From Balanoglossus misakiensis (taxonomy: Eukaryota > Animalia > Hemichordata), in assembly GCA_040954595.2 (NCBI GenBank), contig CM082582.2, positions 8,000,063 to 8,064,062 on the forward strand: 64,000 nucleotides of DNA, read 5' to 3'. The notes below the pieces were generated by a model. It had not been told where the DNA came from. It worked only from the letters and a program-made list of their open reading frames with translations, and did no database searches. Below, piece by piece: positions 37,546-50,510 of the stretch. Numbering within the stretch: position 1 is the first letter of the stretch; each line of letters begins with the position of its first letter. A program made the position numbers and the translations under genes.

Positions 37546-40500
37546 TTAATGTTTCGTGTGAGAAGCTTATACAACTTGCCCGTCACGATACATCAATAGT
37601 TTGGGAAGTATTTGCACGCAGAGCACAAGCACGGGTTAATTTCTCTTCGGCAGAAATCAAGTTTTATTTCCATCTGCGCCAGCATCATTAATGCCTTCGT
37701 TCATCATTGCTCTCTGACGTCAGCAACTTGTGTGAATGACAGGCCCGAACGGCAGATTATTCCTAGCGGGTATTGATTCGACACGTACAGTGTGTCAACT
37801 CTTCACTGCTCTCGGTCAGCGGGGATGTTCACCGAGACTCCCCCGAAAGGGAAGTCACAATCACTACAGAATATAGACACAAGTATTCTCCCCTCCGCAA
37901 GTCCAATCCCAAGGACACTGAAATTAAACTGTTGAATGTATTTGCGGAAGGGAGGAAGTTTGAGAATCATTCCGCCCACTTGTGGGTTAGAATAATTCGA
38001 TTATTGTCCAGTGCAATGAAAGGGGAACCAACGGGTCTTCAGCGAATACTCACCGGGGACAATACCCAATCAATTTTAGTGTGCGGCATAATCGGCCGAA
38101 TTAGGGTGAATAGTATAAATTTGTCCTTTGACAGCGTAATTATGGTAGTATTGTACAGGTCAATCATCATCCTTGTGATTATATCCTTCTCGCAGCGAGT
38201 TCTCCTCCCAATCTAGACATCCTCACATTATCAACTGTTTCAAATTTCACACTTTAAATTATTTCAAAACCCATACGTTATAACTATACGAAAACAATCG
38301 CCAAAACTAAAAAGGGACTCCGGCGATCTGAGATTAGCGGTGTGATGTCACTTCCTGTAAACATTCGACGCACGGCGAAGCGGTTAAAAGTCACGTGCAT
38401 TGTACACGCGAACGGTGTATAGTAACTGCGCACTCGGTGGAGTTCAAAGACTCACGTTCACCACGAACACAACCAACTCTTCTGCATGCATTGCGTCGTC
38501 AAGGTTCACACGTCCGCAATCTACTTGCGTCTTTCGAGATCTCTATCTTCAGCAAAGAATAAGAAGAGCACGTCTATTCCTGACAGCAAGACGACTTTTA
38601 AATATTCAAATACCATCTAGGCCTATTTGCCGGTAATATAGCTTTCCATTCTCATAGTTTTAACGAAATGTATGTGGTGTTCTAGTTAGTGAGAATATTT
38701 CGAAATGCATCATGAGGAAACGTTCGTGCCAAATTTTGTATATCGACATACAGTGGACGAACCGAGTCGCTTGAATATTCACCAGTGTTAACGAGTGACT
38801 ATCATCAAATTTTAATACATAACCAATACCAAATGGTCCAATTTGCACGACGTGAATGCTATAATATAACTTGAGTCCTGCATCAAATTCGGTTGTATAT
38901 ATACGAGGAGCACGGCAGATAACCCGGTTAGGTTGCATTAGAATTGAGATAGGCAATGACATGGTGGAGAACCCGTGTATGTTCAGACGAGCAGTGCTAT
39001 AGCATTCACAGCTGTCTAGCTGTAATCCTCTGTCAAAAGCTTCAAAGAGAGCATGAAAGAAGATAGAGATTTATTCCACGTTATGATTTATTTTTGTTTC
39101 GGGGATATGAAAACACGCTTGGCTGGATAATCTACATAACTGTTCCGGAGACTTGATCAAAATTGATTCTTCTCCCTGTAGCGGTACCGCGTGAGGTATA
39201 ACCAGTGGTACAAACAAATCCATTAATTTTCTTGAGGCTGCGGACCTGTAATCAAAGCTGTCACTCCACATTTCCCGGCGACAAAGACAGACGCGAGTGT
39301 TAGATATATGATGTGGTTAGAGACACAGCGGGATTCGCAATCTTTGATGCGCATTTTCATATAACAACAGGTTGCCCTCTGTCGCCTACAATAGGCTTTC
39401 CCGCCCTGACGTGAAAATCCGCATGGTTTTAGTAATTACAACCCTGCCAGGACTGCGGTGTGCACGCCCATTGTCCGGGAAACTTTTCACCATGAACATT
39501 GCGAAATTAACGATAGCAGTCATTGACCTTCACTGTGATGAGGCTGTAGTTGCCTGTTGGACACCGATCTTCCTGTTCCGATTGTCGCTCCTTCGCGTGT
39601 CGTGCGCGCGGAGTTAATCTGAGCGGGAAACTATGAATCACGGGAAATGACCACTGTTATCTGAAGTTATAACTGAATAAATAGAAGTCAGTATAACTTC
39701 ATGAGCCGTAGACAGGCACACACGATGTATTAGATTCGAGGATACAAAGGCAGTGAAAAATTTCGTTCAAGCCGAGTGTGTGCGACAATGACACACACAA
39801 AAAAACGCGGGAAATCATTTCGCCACCACGAATTCTTCCTTACAAATTAGCTGTCACAATAACCCTACGGGCGCGCGGCCAATTTGCCATGTAGAAACGC
39901 ACCGTCACATTCTGACAAATCCTCGGTCCGCGTGAAAGTCATTTATTACAAAGACGTGAGCGCCATTACCCTTGAACGAGCCTGTGTTTGGATTTAAATT
40001 TGGTTTATCATAACTCTTTGTAATGCCATCAATCTCGTTATCTCGAATGCAACCTTCACCGCCGCCATTCAGAAGTCGGATTTGATTGCATATGGCGTAC
40101 TACTGATCGGTGAGATCATTTAATGAAGTGCAGGAGCGAGACAATTATTCTCGCGTCGCGTGATTTCATTCATCACGGCTCGCTCGGCCGACGGTTGTTC
40201 AGCACATAGCATTTTCGCGCCCGAACATTTTTCTGTTTTTATCTGAGTCTGACCCTGCTCTGATAGCATTAGACTTTCCAGTATCATCAAGTTCCAAATT
40301 GTCTAACATGGCGATTTTCTAGGAAAAAGAAAAAACACAAAAGCACCCTCCAAACAGGAATGAACAAGTTTCTGGTTAACCTTCAAACAGACCCCCCTTC
40401 CCTCCCGGCGAGGTAGTCCAGTTGCACCTCTTCCATGATGACGTCATGAAACGTCAGAAAACCGAGCGGATCAACCGTAGAACATGGCCGTGAAAGTCGC

Positions 40501-43005
40501 TTGCGTTTGTGTACTGGTGCTCTACTTATACTTTAAAGTAGTTTCCTCTTCAAGTACAAACGAAGCCCTTTTGGCCTAATAGACGCTTTGTCGTTCAAGG
40601 GGAGTCCATTCACAAAAAGCAGTGATAAGTTTACATGTTGCTCATACAGTCTTACGCACTTAAATAAAATTAATAACGCGACATAGTGCCTTTGCTTATT
40701 TAGGAATCTATTGTCACTGTTGATGTAATATTGTACGCTTCATATATTTAATAACACACGCCGGCCCTCTTTCCGTATTTATTTCATCTTTGTATAATAA
40801 ATAACAAGACGTACTGCGCATGATTACACTTTTATGCTCGACGAGACTAATTCATCGTATATCCGCCGTGAAATAAATCCGTGAGTATATGTATATATAC
40901 AAACCTTCAGTGCACATATACGTCGTATTCTTATTTTTTAAAAATAACATTTTGTAGACCGTGTATCATAGTTACGGGTCTGTCTGTGACGTAATGCTTA
41001 GTACCTTTTCCCCTTAGAAATGACTGTTCGTGAAGTGAGTACTGCAAAGTCAATCAAAGCAGGACAAACTTTAAAAAGAGACGTCTCCCACACCGCACCT
41101 CGTGGTGCAAGTTATTTTGGTGTGTCTTTGCAAGAATAAAATGATTGTTCGAAGTTCAAGAACTTGGTAAACGAGCCATACTGCGCCAACCGTGCGTACA
41201 GAGTAGTTTTTTGCTTGAAACTTTGCCGCCTACGCACCGGCGCTTTTGTTACCGTGTAGTCAAGCAAAATTCCGCAAGGCATTTGCGATTGTCTTTTTCA
41301 ACTCTGAATCAGCCGATGTGGCTGTATGGAAGGCACTGAAAATGTCAAGATTCTTCGCGAATAATACGCCAAGATTCTGTTTTGATTTGTGTTCTGTGCC
41401 ATCAACGTGCGTTTCAACTGACGACAAACAGGTATATCATTGGACATTCACAGTTTTGTTTGGCGAAATTCTCACTCACACGGTCTATGAATTACACCTT
41501 CGTTGCTATTCAGTTGCCAAAGACCTAAAATTTCCCGGACTCATTCATCTTCTGGTGATAATACGACTCTTTTTTTCCATCAAACGTGAAAAATATGTTC
41601 CGCCTACAGGCTTTGTGCCAGTCAATAGTGCACTCCTCTGATGACGACGCGTCACATGGTATAGGCGTCAAACGATAAACGTCATGCAAAACAATATCCT
41701 ATCATTATTTTTGGCGCGAAGACGTCATCATATGACGACTAGTGTGTGACGTCTTTGCGTCAAAACAGAATCATGGGACTTACTGTAATTATTTTTGTGT
41801 ACCATCCTAAAGAAGGTGAGGTCAGTGACAGTTGGACATAGTTCGATGATCAAAAGACATAAGCTGTTTATGCAAATCAGAATCTATGAATGATGAGTGG
41901 AAATGGACTCTTCGCCCCCTGCTCCTCCATAACCAAAAGGCGCGAAACGCAAGATCTGGGTCTAATTGCGGCTCTGAGTAAAATATTCCAAATAAACTCG
42001 ATAAAATCACGTACCATTCCACTAAATAGTTTTATTCTCGGAACCGCCAGTCAATTTGTTTGACCTACAGCCAATTTTCGTCAATGCACCTAAACGGAAA
42101 ATTAAAGCACCTGGACAATTATGGCGCGAAATTCAATGAAAATCCCCGCTAATAGCGGAACAACTTTAATGTGTTAATACCGTTCTCGGTACTTACAGGC
42201 GATAATGAATTATCAATGGGAGCAATTTATGTCACCCCCGTCATAGATTTTATTGAGAACTGTTACAGACTGACGTTATAAATGCTGCCTAGCCTTCAAA
42301 CACCGTTGGCGGGAGAATCGGGTGTGAATCGCACAAGTCTGGCGCAATTATGCGCTTATCTCCCTACAGTATGTTGATATGTTTGTGACACGTACTAGTA
42401 TATCAACCAGTCGACGTGTAGTGAGTGTTTCCATGTCGCCTCGTCTAAAATCCGTTATCGATTTTTCACAAATTTCAGAAATAAACCATCGTGTGATCAT
42501 GTGAGAGAGGTTTTGGCACTTCTTCTGTGGTACGGTTGCCATTTTGTTTCAGAGGTGAGCTTGCAAACGCCCTAGACGCTCAGGCGCCATGAACAACTTG
42601 AGCGAGACAAGTAAAGGACACGTGACTGTATGGCAGTCGCGCGAGAATGTCGTCAAGCCGCGTTACAACACGGAGTCTTTGAAATACGAATTGTTATCCG
42701 GTTCAGCTGTAAACGTCTCGGCAGAGTACACGTAAAGTTTTATCATCCGTGTACTTTTTAATTAAAAATCAAGATTTTCACTGTATATTCCGAGCATGGC
42801 AGCATTTTTGTGTGTTTTATTCGATTGGAAACATTACTGACGCATAGTACTACCAAATAAAAAAGAACTTCGGCCATTTTATGTGAATTATAAAGACACG
42901 GACACCTCTATGTGTGTGCACATCGCAGAAGCAAAAGAATTATGGCGGCCTTGACTTCAGATTAGTAAACATCCTTTATGATCCCGACTTGAAATATTCT
43001 CAGCG

Positions 43006-43061
43006 AAGTTTAGAATACCTCAATCTCCAATCAAGTTTAGAATACCTCAATCTCCAATCAA
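43006..43061. repeat. Perfect tandem duplication, 27-bp unit x2
   Basis: AAGTTTAGAATACCTCAATCTCCAATC occurs twice. Confidence 0.92.
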
Positions 43062-44219
43062 ATTGAAATGGGGAGCTAAACCTGGAATAACCCACACACG
43101 TGACTGTTTTAACTTTATTTTGTAGAACACGTGACACGTAGACAGAGTGAGTTCAACACCCAGTGTGCCACTCTCACAAGTCATTGTTAATTCTAGGTTT
43201 TTCATGTTTTGTGATGTACAGGAAAATGTGTGGAGCAGTGTAGATGTCCCTCTATGTTAAATACAGTGGCTCGGTAACAGGTTTTGAGGAGCAGACGATA
43301 CCCGTGTTGACGTCACAGGCCTCATTTGAATAACAGGTATGATTGGATAAAACTGTTTAAACCAGCTCAAACCGGTGACTGTAATTTTGCCTTGACATTG
43401 GCGGTTCTTGCAATCGCACGACTGTCGCTGAATCGGCCAAATCCCGTCGGTCGTCGAAGTTGTAATTAATTGTTGGCTATTACACGCAGCCGGGATGAAC
43501 CAAAGATCAATTCTGTCACATGTGGCTGAGTTTTGAATCCTTTGTTATCAGCTAGAACCATTGACCTTGTTTAGCGGATCAACAAACGACATCAAGAATC
43601 GATTTGTATTTTGCACTTATTGGAACACGTCATTTCGCCCTTCTTGCATCTGTCAGATTGAAAATGACCCCCCCCCCCCATAATGCCCAGAGTGCGCGAT
43701 GAATGCCGATACTCGTTGTGCAACAACCCAAGAGGGCGCTTCAGACCTTAACAAGTCAACCGTGGTGTATTTTGTTCGGGAAAACTGATTCACCGCGCTA
43801 AACATTTTAATATTTCCTTGTTCGCCCTTTCTCCCTACGTCGATGTTGTAACTAGACGGATATGATGAATGGAAACTTGAAACTAGAGGACCATCTAGTG
43901 GCACGGGCAAACTTAATCTCGGCGAATCTCCATCTGTCCAATCGCATGGCTGACAGACCGTGTACTCTTACATGGCTGATGTACTTTCTTTTACAAAAGT
44001 GCTTTCAACATAATTTCTGTTCCATTGCTGTTATTGTGTTTCCCGCGCAATCTTTTCATTCTGCCAGATTATTCATTCACAACAAAATAACATTTCGTTC
44101 TGCGTTATTCAAGCTGAATAGTGTTAGAGGAAGGGATAATATTAATAAACGTGTTAAATGTATACAATCAACTCTAATTTACATATTCCCATATATTGCG
44201 TGTTTAGGTTTTCGAATGA

Positions 44220-44331
44220 CCATGCGGGTGGCTCACTTTTTTTCACGTGGCCAACCGTCGAAAATCTGCCATTGGCTAGATCTGAACCTGCCATAGTATA
44301 TAATGTGGCTAAATTTGCATAGGTGACTTTA
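44220..44331 (-). mobile_element. Family A MITE fragment
   Basis: Reverse complement AGTCACCTATGCAAATTTAGCCACA...TTCAGATCTAGCCAATGGCAGATTTTCGACGGTTGGCCACGTGAAAAAA aligns with 16966-17055. Confidence 0.7.
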
Positions 44332-47300
44332 CGCATAGTTTAGAACACACCAGGGCGGAATTCAGGTGATAAACCGCCATTAGCGATTTTTGGCGGGAGC
44401 AGAATGCAGCAGACGATCATAAAATGTGAAAAATATAGGTTCTGATTATTCCAAGTTTGTATTCGTTGCTGTAAATTAACGGTAGGAAGGGATGTTGTCT
44501 GTTATTATGATCTACATCGCAGAAATGGCCATGCCTTGGGGGTTTCACGCCGAGAAATAAATGAATTTTCTAGTCATGGGTAAATGCGTTTGATTAACTG
44601 TTACACGGCGACATTGTTCCATTTTTGAGATTAGTAGCGTTATCTGTATAAGTATTGAAACGGCCATTTTGGAGATTCTGAAATCTCCAAATTTGATCGT
44701 TAGCAGAGTAAGTGGTCCCACTTGCGAGTAGAGATTGCCTCAAATCTCTTAACAGTCTCTGGTATGAATGTACGCCCCTAAGACCAACCTGTTTGTGCAT
44801 AGTTCACTTCTGTAACTGACCTGTCACGCAGCCCCGATAAAAAGTACGCTACCCCATAATCATAATCGCCATTAGTAGATATATCGGCCGAGTTTACGAC
44901 TTCAATGGGCCCCTTGGAAACGCTTCTGTAAAAATCGCCATTTTTACGACACAACCCGGCCTGTTTCGCGCAAATTTGAAATCTGTAGTTCACGATACCC
45001 TCGATAAAGTCGGTTAAAGGGAGAATTTTCGCGCCCCTGTGTGTCTGAAGGCAAAGTGTATCACATACTCGGGGGGATCCTTGTCACGTGAAACAAGGGG
45101 TAGACGTTTCAAGGTCTAAATGCAATGACAGAATCTATGAAACGAAATAATTACACTAAGGATCAACCTTATGAGTACACAGACGTACTGATTAAACTCT
45201 ATGCGGTTGCATGAGTCCGGAGAACCGAGGAATTGCCATCGCTTACATTAAACTTATTACTTCAGAGGGGAAAAAGTGCGTCTGCTAATGGATGAGGGAT
45301 CTACAGCTTGGGGTGGTTGTCACTTGTTTGGTAAAATGCAATGTAATGAAAAGTTTTACTGTTGGGTCTAATGTCGGCAGTGTTTACACACTAATGCGGC
45401 GCATTTCGCTGACTGAGGAGAGTCGCGCGGATTCCACGGCATCAAACTGATGATGGCCGGATTCATTCGACTGGAAGCCCGGGTTTTTCTCACCGAGACG
45501 ATTTATTGTCTTGGCTCATACTCCAGTCACTGAACATCCTTCTACTCAGTTCATGGATTTCCAAGTTATTACAATCCTATCAATCACCCCAATCGCTCGC
45601 CACTCGAAATCTAACTGACGGGGGAACTGAAAAATTCAGAGAAAATGTTGTAGCCATGCGTCAGAGAAGATTTCTTTTGGCGGCAGATTCTCATGACGAT
45701 TTAGGCGGGAGATTCTCGTGATGTCCTGTTAATCCCTATCATTTTCGCAAGATGTGTTTAACACGATTAATCTGACCTCAATTCGATTTGAGATTTACGT
45801 AGAGGGACCGAATTTTCTCGTCTGCCTACAAATTATGCACGTTCTTTATATATATGCAGTGTTTGCTCCTGACTATCTGTACCAGGGCCTAGCGCGCCAA
45901 TTACTTGCATGTAGTGCGCATCTCAAAAGTCTTCAAATTTTCCTCGTGCTTTACTTCGGGGCATAATTCCTTTGTAAAGTAATTTCATTCTGTATCAAAA
46001 TCAAGATAATCATTTGTCACAAAACGTACCTCGTGCCCAGATAAAATATTTTTCTTATAGATGCATCGATACTTGACAATTCAGAATGCCCGCCCCCAGC
46101 GACGCTGTATGCGTTAATTTTCTCTAAATTTATGTCGATACTTGTATTCCAAGTTTTACTACCGAACAATAAAACCACCTTCAAAATAGTTTCATCATAG
46201 CTTTCAAGAAGGCCAAATACACACGATTAGAAACAGGCCTACTCCCGGGCCTTATTGCGGTAATTACAATTTTTACTTCCCTCTTACATTTTTATAGTCA
46301 CGGTAATTAACGATTTTCGATCTTCTCCACGTTAGTTTAAATAATGTCGTCTTTTACGTCAAGGTTCAATTACAAGTACTTTTACTCGCTGTTACAGATT
46401 ACGTACATTTTATGGGTTTTTTTCTTCGCGCGAACGAGCCCTATATACACTAGTCAGCATTATCTGTCGTCTGCACGGAAGGCACCCGAGAAAATCGGTG
46501 CGACATTTCTTTGAAACACGTTTCCTGTAAACATCCAGACGAAGTGAACGCGAGTGTGAAGTGTCACTTGACGACGAATCATCGTGGAATGGACCTACAT
46601 TAACAAGTTGGGGTGCTAACCTTGTTACAGCGTCATTCAAGCCTTTAAAAATCTCAGAGGCTGTGTCTTGTCACATTACTTCCATGACTTTAGCTTCTTT
46701 AAAGGGCCGGATTTGTTTGTTTTTGAGGTGACGTGTAACGTCACAATGAGTAAATTTGGGTGCTCGTCTGTAAGCAGTATTAGGGTAGACCCCCCCCCCT
46801 CCCAGTGGCATAGTGAAGCAGAATGTTACAGCAGAATGCTCATCCGCGACCTTGAGATGAGGCTTTTACTTTTTCACACAGTCTTTACTGAACTATATGC
46901 GGTTACTGTAAGCTTCTGTCTCCTAGGGATTAGTCACAGGAAACCGCCTTCTCGATAAACAAGCGATAACAAGTCATGATTTCAAATGTTTCGCAATTTT
47001 AACATATAAAACTGAATGCTCGACAATGTAAAATTTAATCTTTGGTGGAAATTTCCCCTGGTGGCAAACTTCCAGAGAGTAACTTATATTTGAATCTGAT
47101 AACATGTTTATCGCTACAGTGTCGTTAAATTGGAGTTATAAAGTTTTGAAATCGACATTTAGTGTTCTGGTAAACAGAAGATCAAAATGAAAAGATGCAT
47201 TACGTTTTGTCGTCTGCACAGATTGTGGCGCCAATTCTCGCGGGCTGTCATTCATCACGATTGTTATGACACTTTGAGCTGCATTATGTACCGTTTCAAT

Positions 47301-48031
47301 TTCGCTCCGACTTATCCTAAACTGAATCCGGATTAGATCTTCATCGAGTGAGAACCATCGATCGGAAGGAGAGCTTATGGAGTTTGATTAATCACTGAAT
47401 AATTAAGAGCGGATATTCCAGACAGACGGGGACGAATGCGGAGTCTGCTAATTGCGGCTTTCGTTCAGCGTCTCAGCGTTTACAACTGATCGACTTTGAC
47501 GGCGGTCGCAAAGGTCTAACGCGCGCCGCCACTGAGTGCGTGTTTTTTTACGTCAGTACGGACGCCGAATCGGACCTGTAACCTTTGCAGGAGTAGTCAC
47601 GCTTGAAGTTGAAATTAATAAGTGAACACTCACGCGACACAGGGGATAGAGTTTCTCGTTCTTCCACTACGATGATATAAACAGCTGTGATGGTACAACA
47701 GGTATTAGAGTCACTTACCGCCTACTTTATGTCCCCATAGCGAAGACATCAAATGAACGATATGTAGTTGGCATTTCCGTCTCAATCGTCGCCGCCTCCT
47801 CTTTTCCCCTTCAAACTTTATTACGCAAACAGCACGAGAATATTGCGAAGGTTTCTCTCCTTTCGGTACTTCGCTGCTCAAGTACTCCGGTGAGCGTCTT
47901 CGTGATTTATCGTTGCTATGGCGACTCGGCCGCGGATTCATGTCACTGTTCAGCAACTCTCAACAACGTCGCGTCGTCCGGGTCGCGCGCGTGAAACCCA
48001 CCGCGCGCGCCGCTTTGATAAAACGCGTGGA

Positions 48032-48088
48032 TGATATTAGCATATTGGACTGATATTAGCATATTGGACTGATATTAGCATATTGCAC
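48032..48088. repeat. Minisatellite, 19-bp unit x3
   Basis: TGATATTAGCATATTGGAC twice, then TGATATTAGCATATTGCAC. Confidence 0.92.
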
Positions 48089-49087
48089 CAGCTTGGGACT
48101 CGCATGCGGGAAAAGCGAATTTAATAAAACTAATTTGTTGATTTTGAAAAGATTGAAGATCTCACGATATTACTGCCGTGCATACTGCATATCTCTTTCA
48201 TAAAACCCCGGCGCGGCTTTGCATCGTTCCCCCACCCCAGCGCGTTGCCATACCAATTATCGTGCTAAATCCTATAGGAAAATCCTAAACCTTAACGAGA
48301 CGTCGTTATCGCTCTGTCTTTAATAATATTTGTAACATTTGATGTGGAACGCATTATGGTTACGGGTGTTCACGAGATGAACATTGCGTCTTTGAGGTTG
48401 TCTGCGCTAATTGTCTGCACGCAGTGAACAACAGTATTTTTCGGTATTTCTCAGAACTGACTCGGGCCAAGGGATATAGCAACCGCCTATCGTGGACTCA
48501 TGAATGCGTACTAAAATTCACTGTCTTATATCTCAGGAACGTGAATGAAGTACTGATACCATACCCCTGGCTCATAAACCTTCCGTACAATGTCGGCGTA
48601 TCGCCGCCTCGTACAGAGCTAATCCCAGGGACCTAACGCATTGACTCGTCTAAGTTGTACGATATCGCGATATATACTGTGATGAAAATGCACAAAGCAA
48701 GCTTTAACATATTCCTAGTTTATCCTTCAGAAAACACATTTTGTAAAATATGTTTTCCCCGCAGGTGTTGAAACATATCTGATTTCTCTACAAATAACAA
48801 AGCGAATACTATATGTGCGAGTTCCCGCAAAACCCCTGAGTATACCCTAACAGTATCGCGCTAAAACTGGAAAATGATTTTAAAAAATAAGCATTTAAAA
48901 ATTCAGTCTCTTGGAAGATTGTAGGAATTTAAACTGAGAAGGCCAATATGACAGCGTTCAAGTTGTTGTCATACAAAAAAACTATTGGATTGATGTTTAG
49001 GTCCGCAGAGGGGCGCGCTTTCCGTTCTGTAAGTGGAACGGTCCACGCAACGACCGCCAGTATTGCACGGCGCTGCAGTGACTGTGC

Positions 49088-49240
49088 AGCCAATCAGAGC
49101 AGGGCACAGCCTCCCCGCCGGCCGGTGTACGATTTTATTGGCTGCGCAGCCCTGTGGTGTATTTTAATAATAGGCCACGCCCCCGTGTTGTACATCTTCC
49201 TTCTAAAGTACCCATGCTTAGGCAGCACTAGTTATAAAAC
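49088..49240 (+). promoter_or_regulatory. Candidate proximal promoter of the TRHR-like gene
   Basis: Ordered set of motifs: NF-Y box AGCCAATCAG (49088-49097), CCCCGCC (49113-49119), inverted CCAAT ATTGGCTG (49137-49144), Sp/KLF box GGCCACGCCCCC (49173-49184), TATAAAA (49233-49239). Predicts a TSS near 49263. Confidence 0.65.
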
Positions 49241-49262
49241 TGTTGTGACTCGCGCATCTTAT

Positions 49263-49348
49263 CGATATCAAGCCCTCGCCTTACGTACAATGCACGGATA
49301 ACCCATTGTCCCGGCGGCTTTAGACGTAACACATGTATATCACTGCAG
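49263..49348 (+). other. Putative non-coding first exon of TRHR-like gene
   Basis: Begins ~30 nt after the TATA box and ends at donor-like CAG|GTAGGA (49348/49349). Boundaries are inferred. Confidence 0.4.
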
Positions 49349-50163
49349 GTAGGAAAGCGAGTATATTGTTGCAACTGTCTGTGTTCACACCGTTCGTTCT
49401 CGGCTTCATCGACTGTCGTTGTGTATCGCGGACTTGTAAATCATCCGGCAACGGCGTCGACAGCTACTGTTGAAACGCAGAATTTTCAAACTATTTCGAG
49501 TTGAAATACTACATGCAAACCGCAGATGTTCATAGTAGTACTACCGCTGGGTGACTGATCTGAAGTTCGATCTACTTGAAATATCGCACTTGAAGCGGTT
49601 GTCTCGTCCGTTAACAAGTTTAATTGAGATGCTCGCTATATTTATAAGTAAGTTTGATTGATAACCCTGTTTCATCAAGACAGGGGATCTTAATTTGTGA
49701 TGTTTTAATATTTTATAGTATTTCATGCCCGTTTAACCATGTTGCCTCCTACCGTTACGACCTTGCTAACAACTCATCCGTTACGAAGGAGCGACTCGCA
49801 CAGTAGTAAATGTGTTAGCGTTGTTGATTAATTTTATCAAGAGCGTACTGGCCTGCGATCTCCGCGTGTTCATAAAACGTCTTCTTTTATGATCGATTAT
49901 TTGCTAATATTGTTTAGCCTTGATATTTCCTCGGCAGTTCATGTTTTGTGTGTGTTTACAATTATCTGTTGTCAGAGTCGTTCCGCTTCGGTTCCGCGCG
50001 ATCGACCCCCCGCCTTCCTCTCCGCATTCACGACGGGACAACTGCTCAGCCTGCCAGCCAGAAAGCGAACTTTCTTTCCGCAGCGATAAACGCCGCCATC
50101 CTACAGAACACTTTCGTCACAGTTTCACGTCTGTTTTTTCTCCCTCTCCCTCTCTCGATGTAG

Positions 50164-50510
50164 GTGCGGACAACACGGACTGACTGTGCCGACGGACATT
50201 GTTTCAAACCGACGGCGTCTGCGCTTGCGAGGGCCGTCGTCGTGACGGTGTACGCCGCGCCCTGTGTCATCTTTACGGTAACCGGAGAAACACGCCACCA
50301 CGAGATTCTCCCCTGGAGATACGCAACAAACTGTTGCTAGCTACTCGACCGAGTTCTTCACGACCACTAGCACGAAAGAATAATTCTGCGGATAAATTTA
50401 TAGTAACAGGTTTTCAACGGGAGTAGAAGACCCCACAGCATTTGACTGGCATCGAGTAGGCCTACACACATCTCTGTAGGACCCCGAGGTTATTTTCACC
50501 GGCGTCGAAG
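50164..50510 (+). other. Putative 5' UTR part of the first coding exon of TRHR-like gene
   Basis: Long polypyrimidine tract (50131-50156) then TAG|G at 50163. I find no ATG in the 347 nt between this acceptor and the start codon. Confidence 0.6.

Noticed and set aside
48032-48088. Short direct repeats as a CRISPR-like array
   Set aside because: No spacers, eukaryotic context and no cas genes.
48751-48765. Strong acceptor-like TGTTTTCCCCGCAG|G upstream of the TRHR promoter
   Set aside because: No matching donor or reading frame; cannot be supported without RNA data.
7900-49000. GATA (WGATAR) sites as FOG autoregulatory elements
   Set aside because: The motif is too short and frequent; no clear cluster above background by eye.
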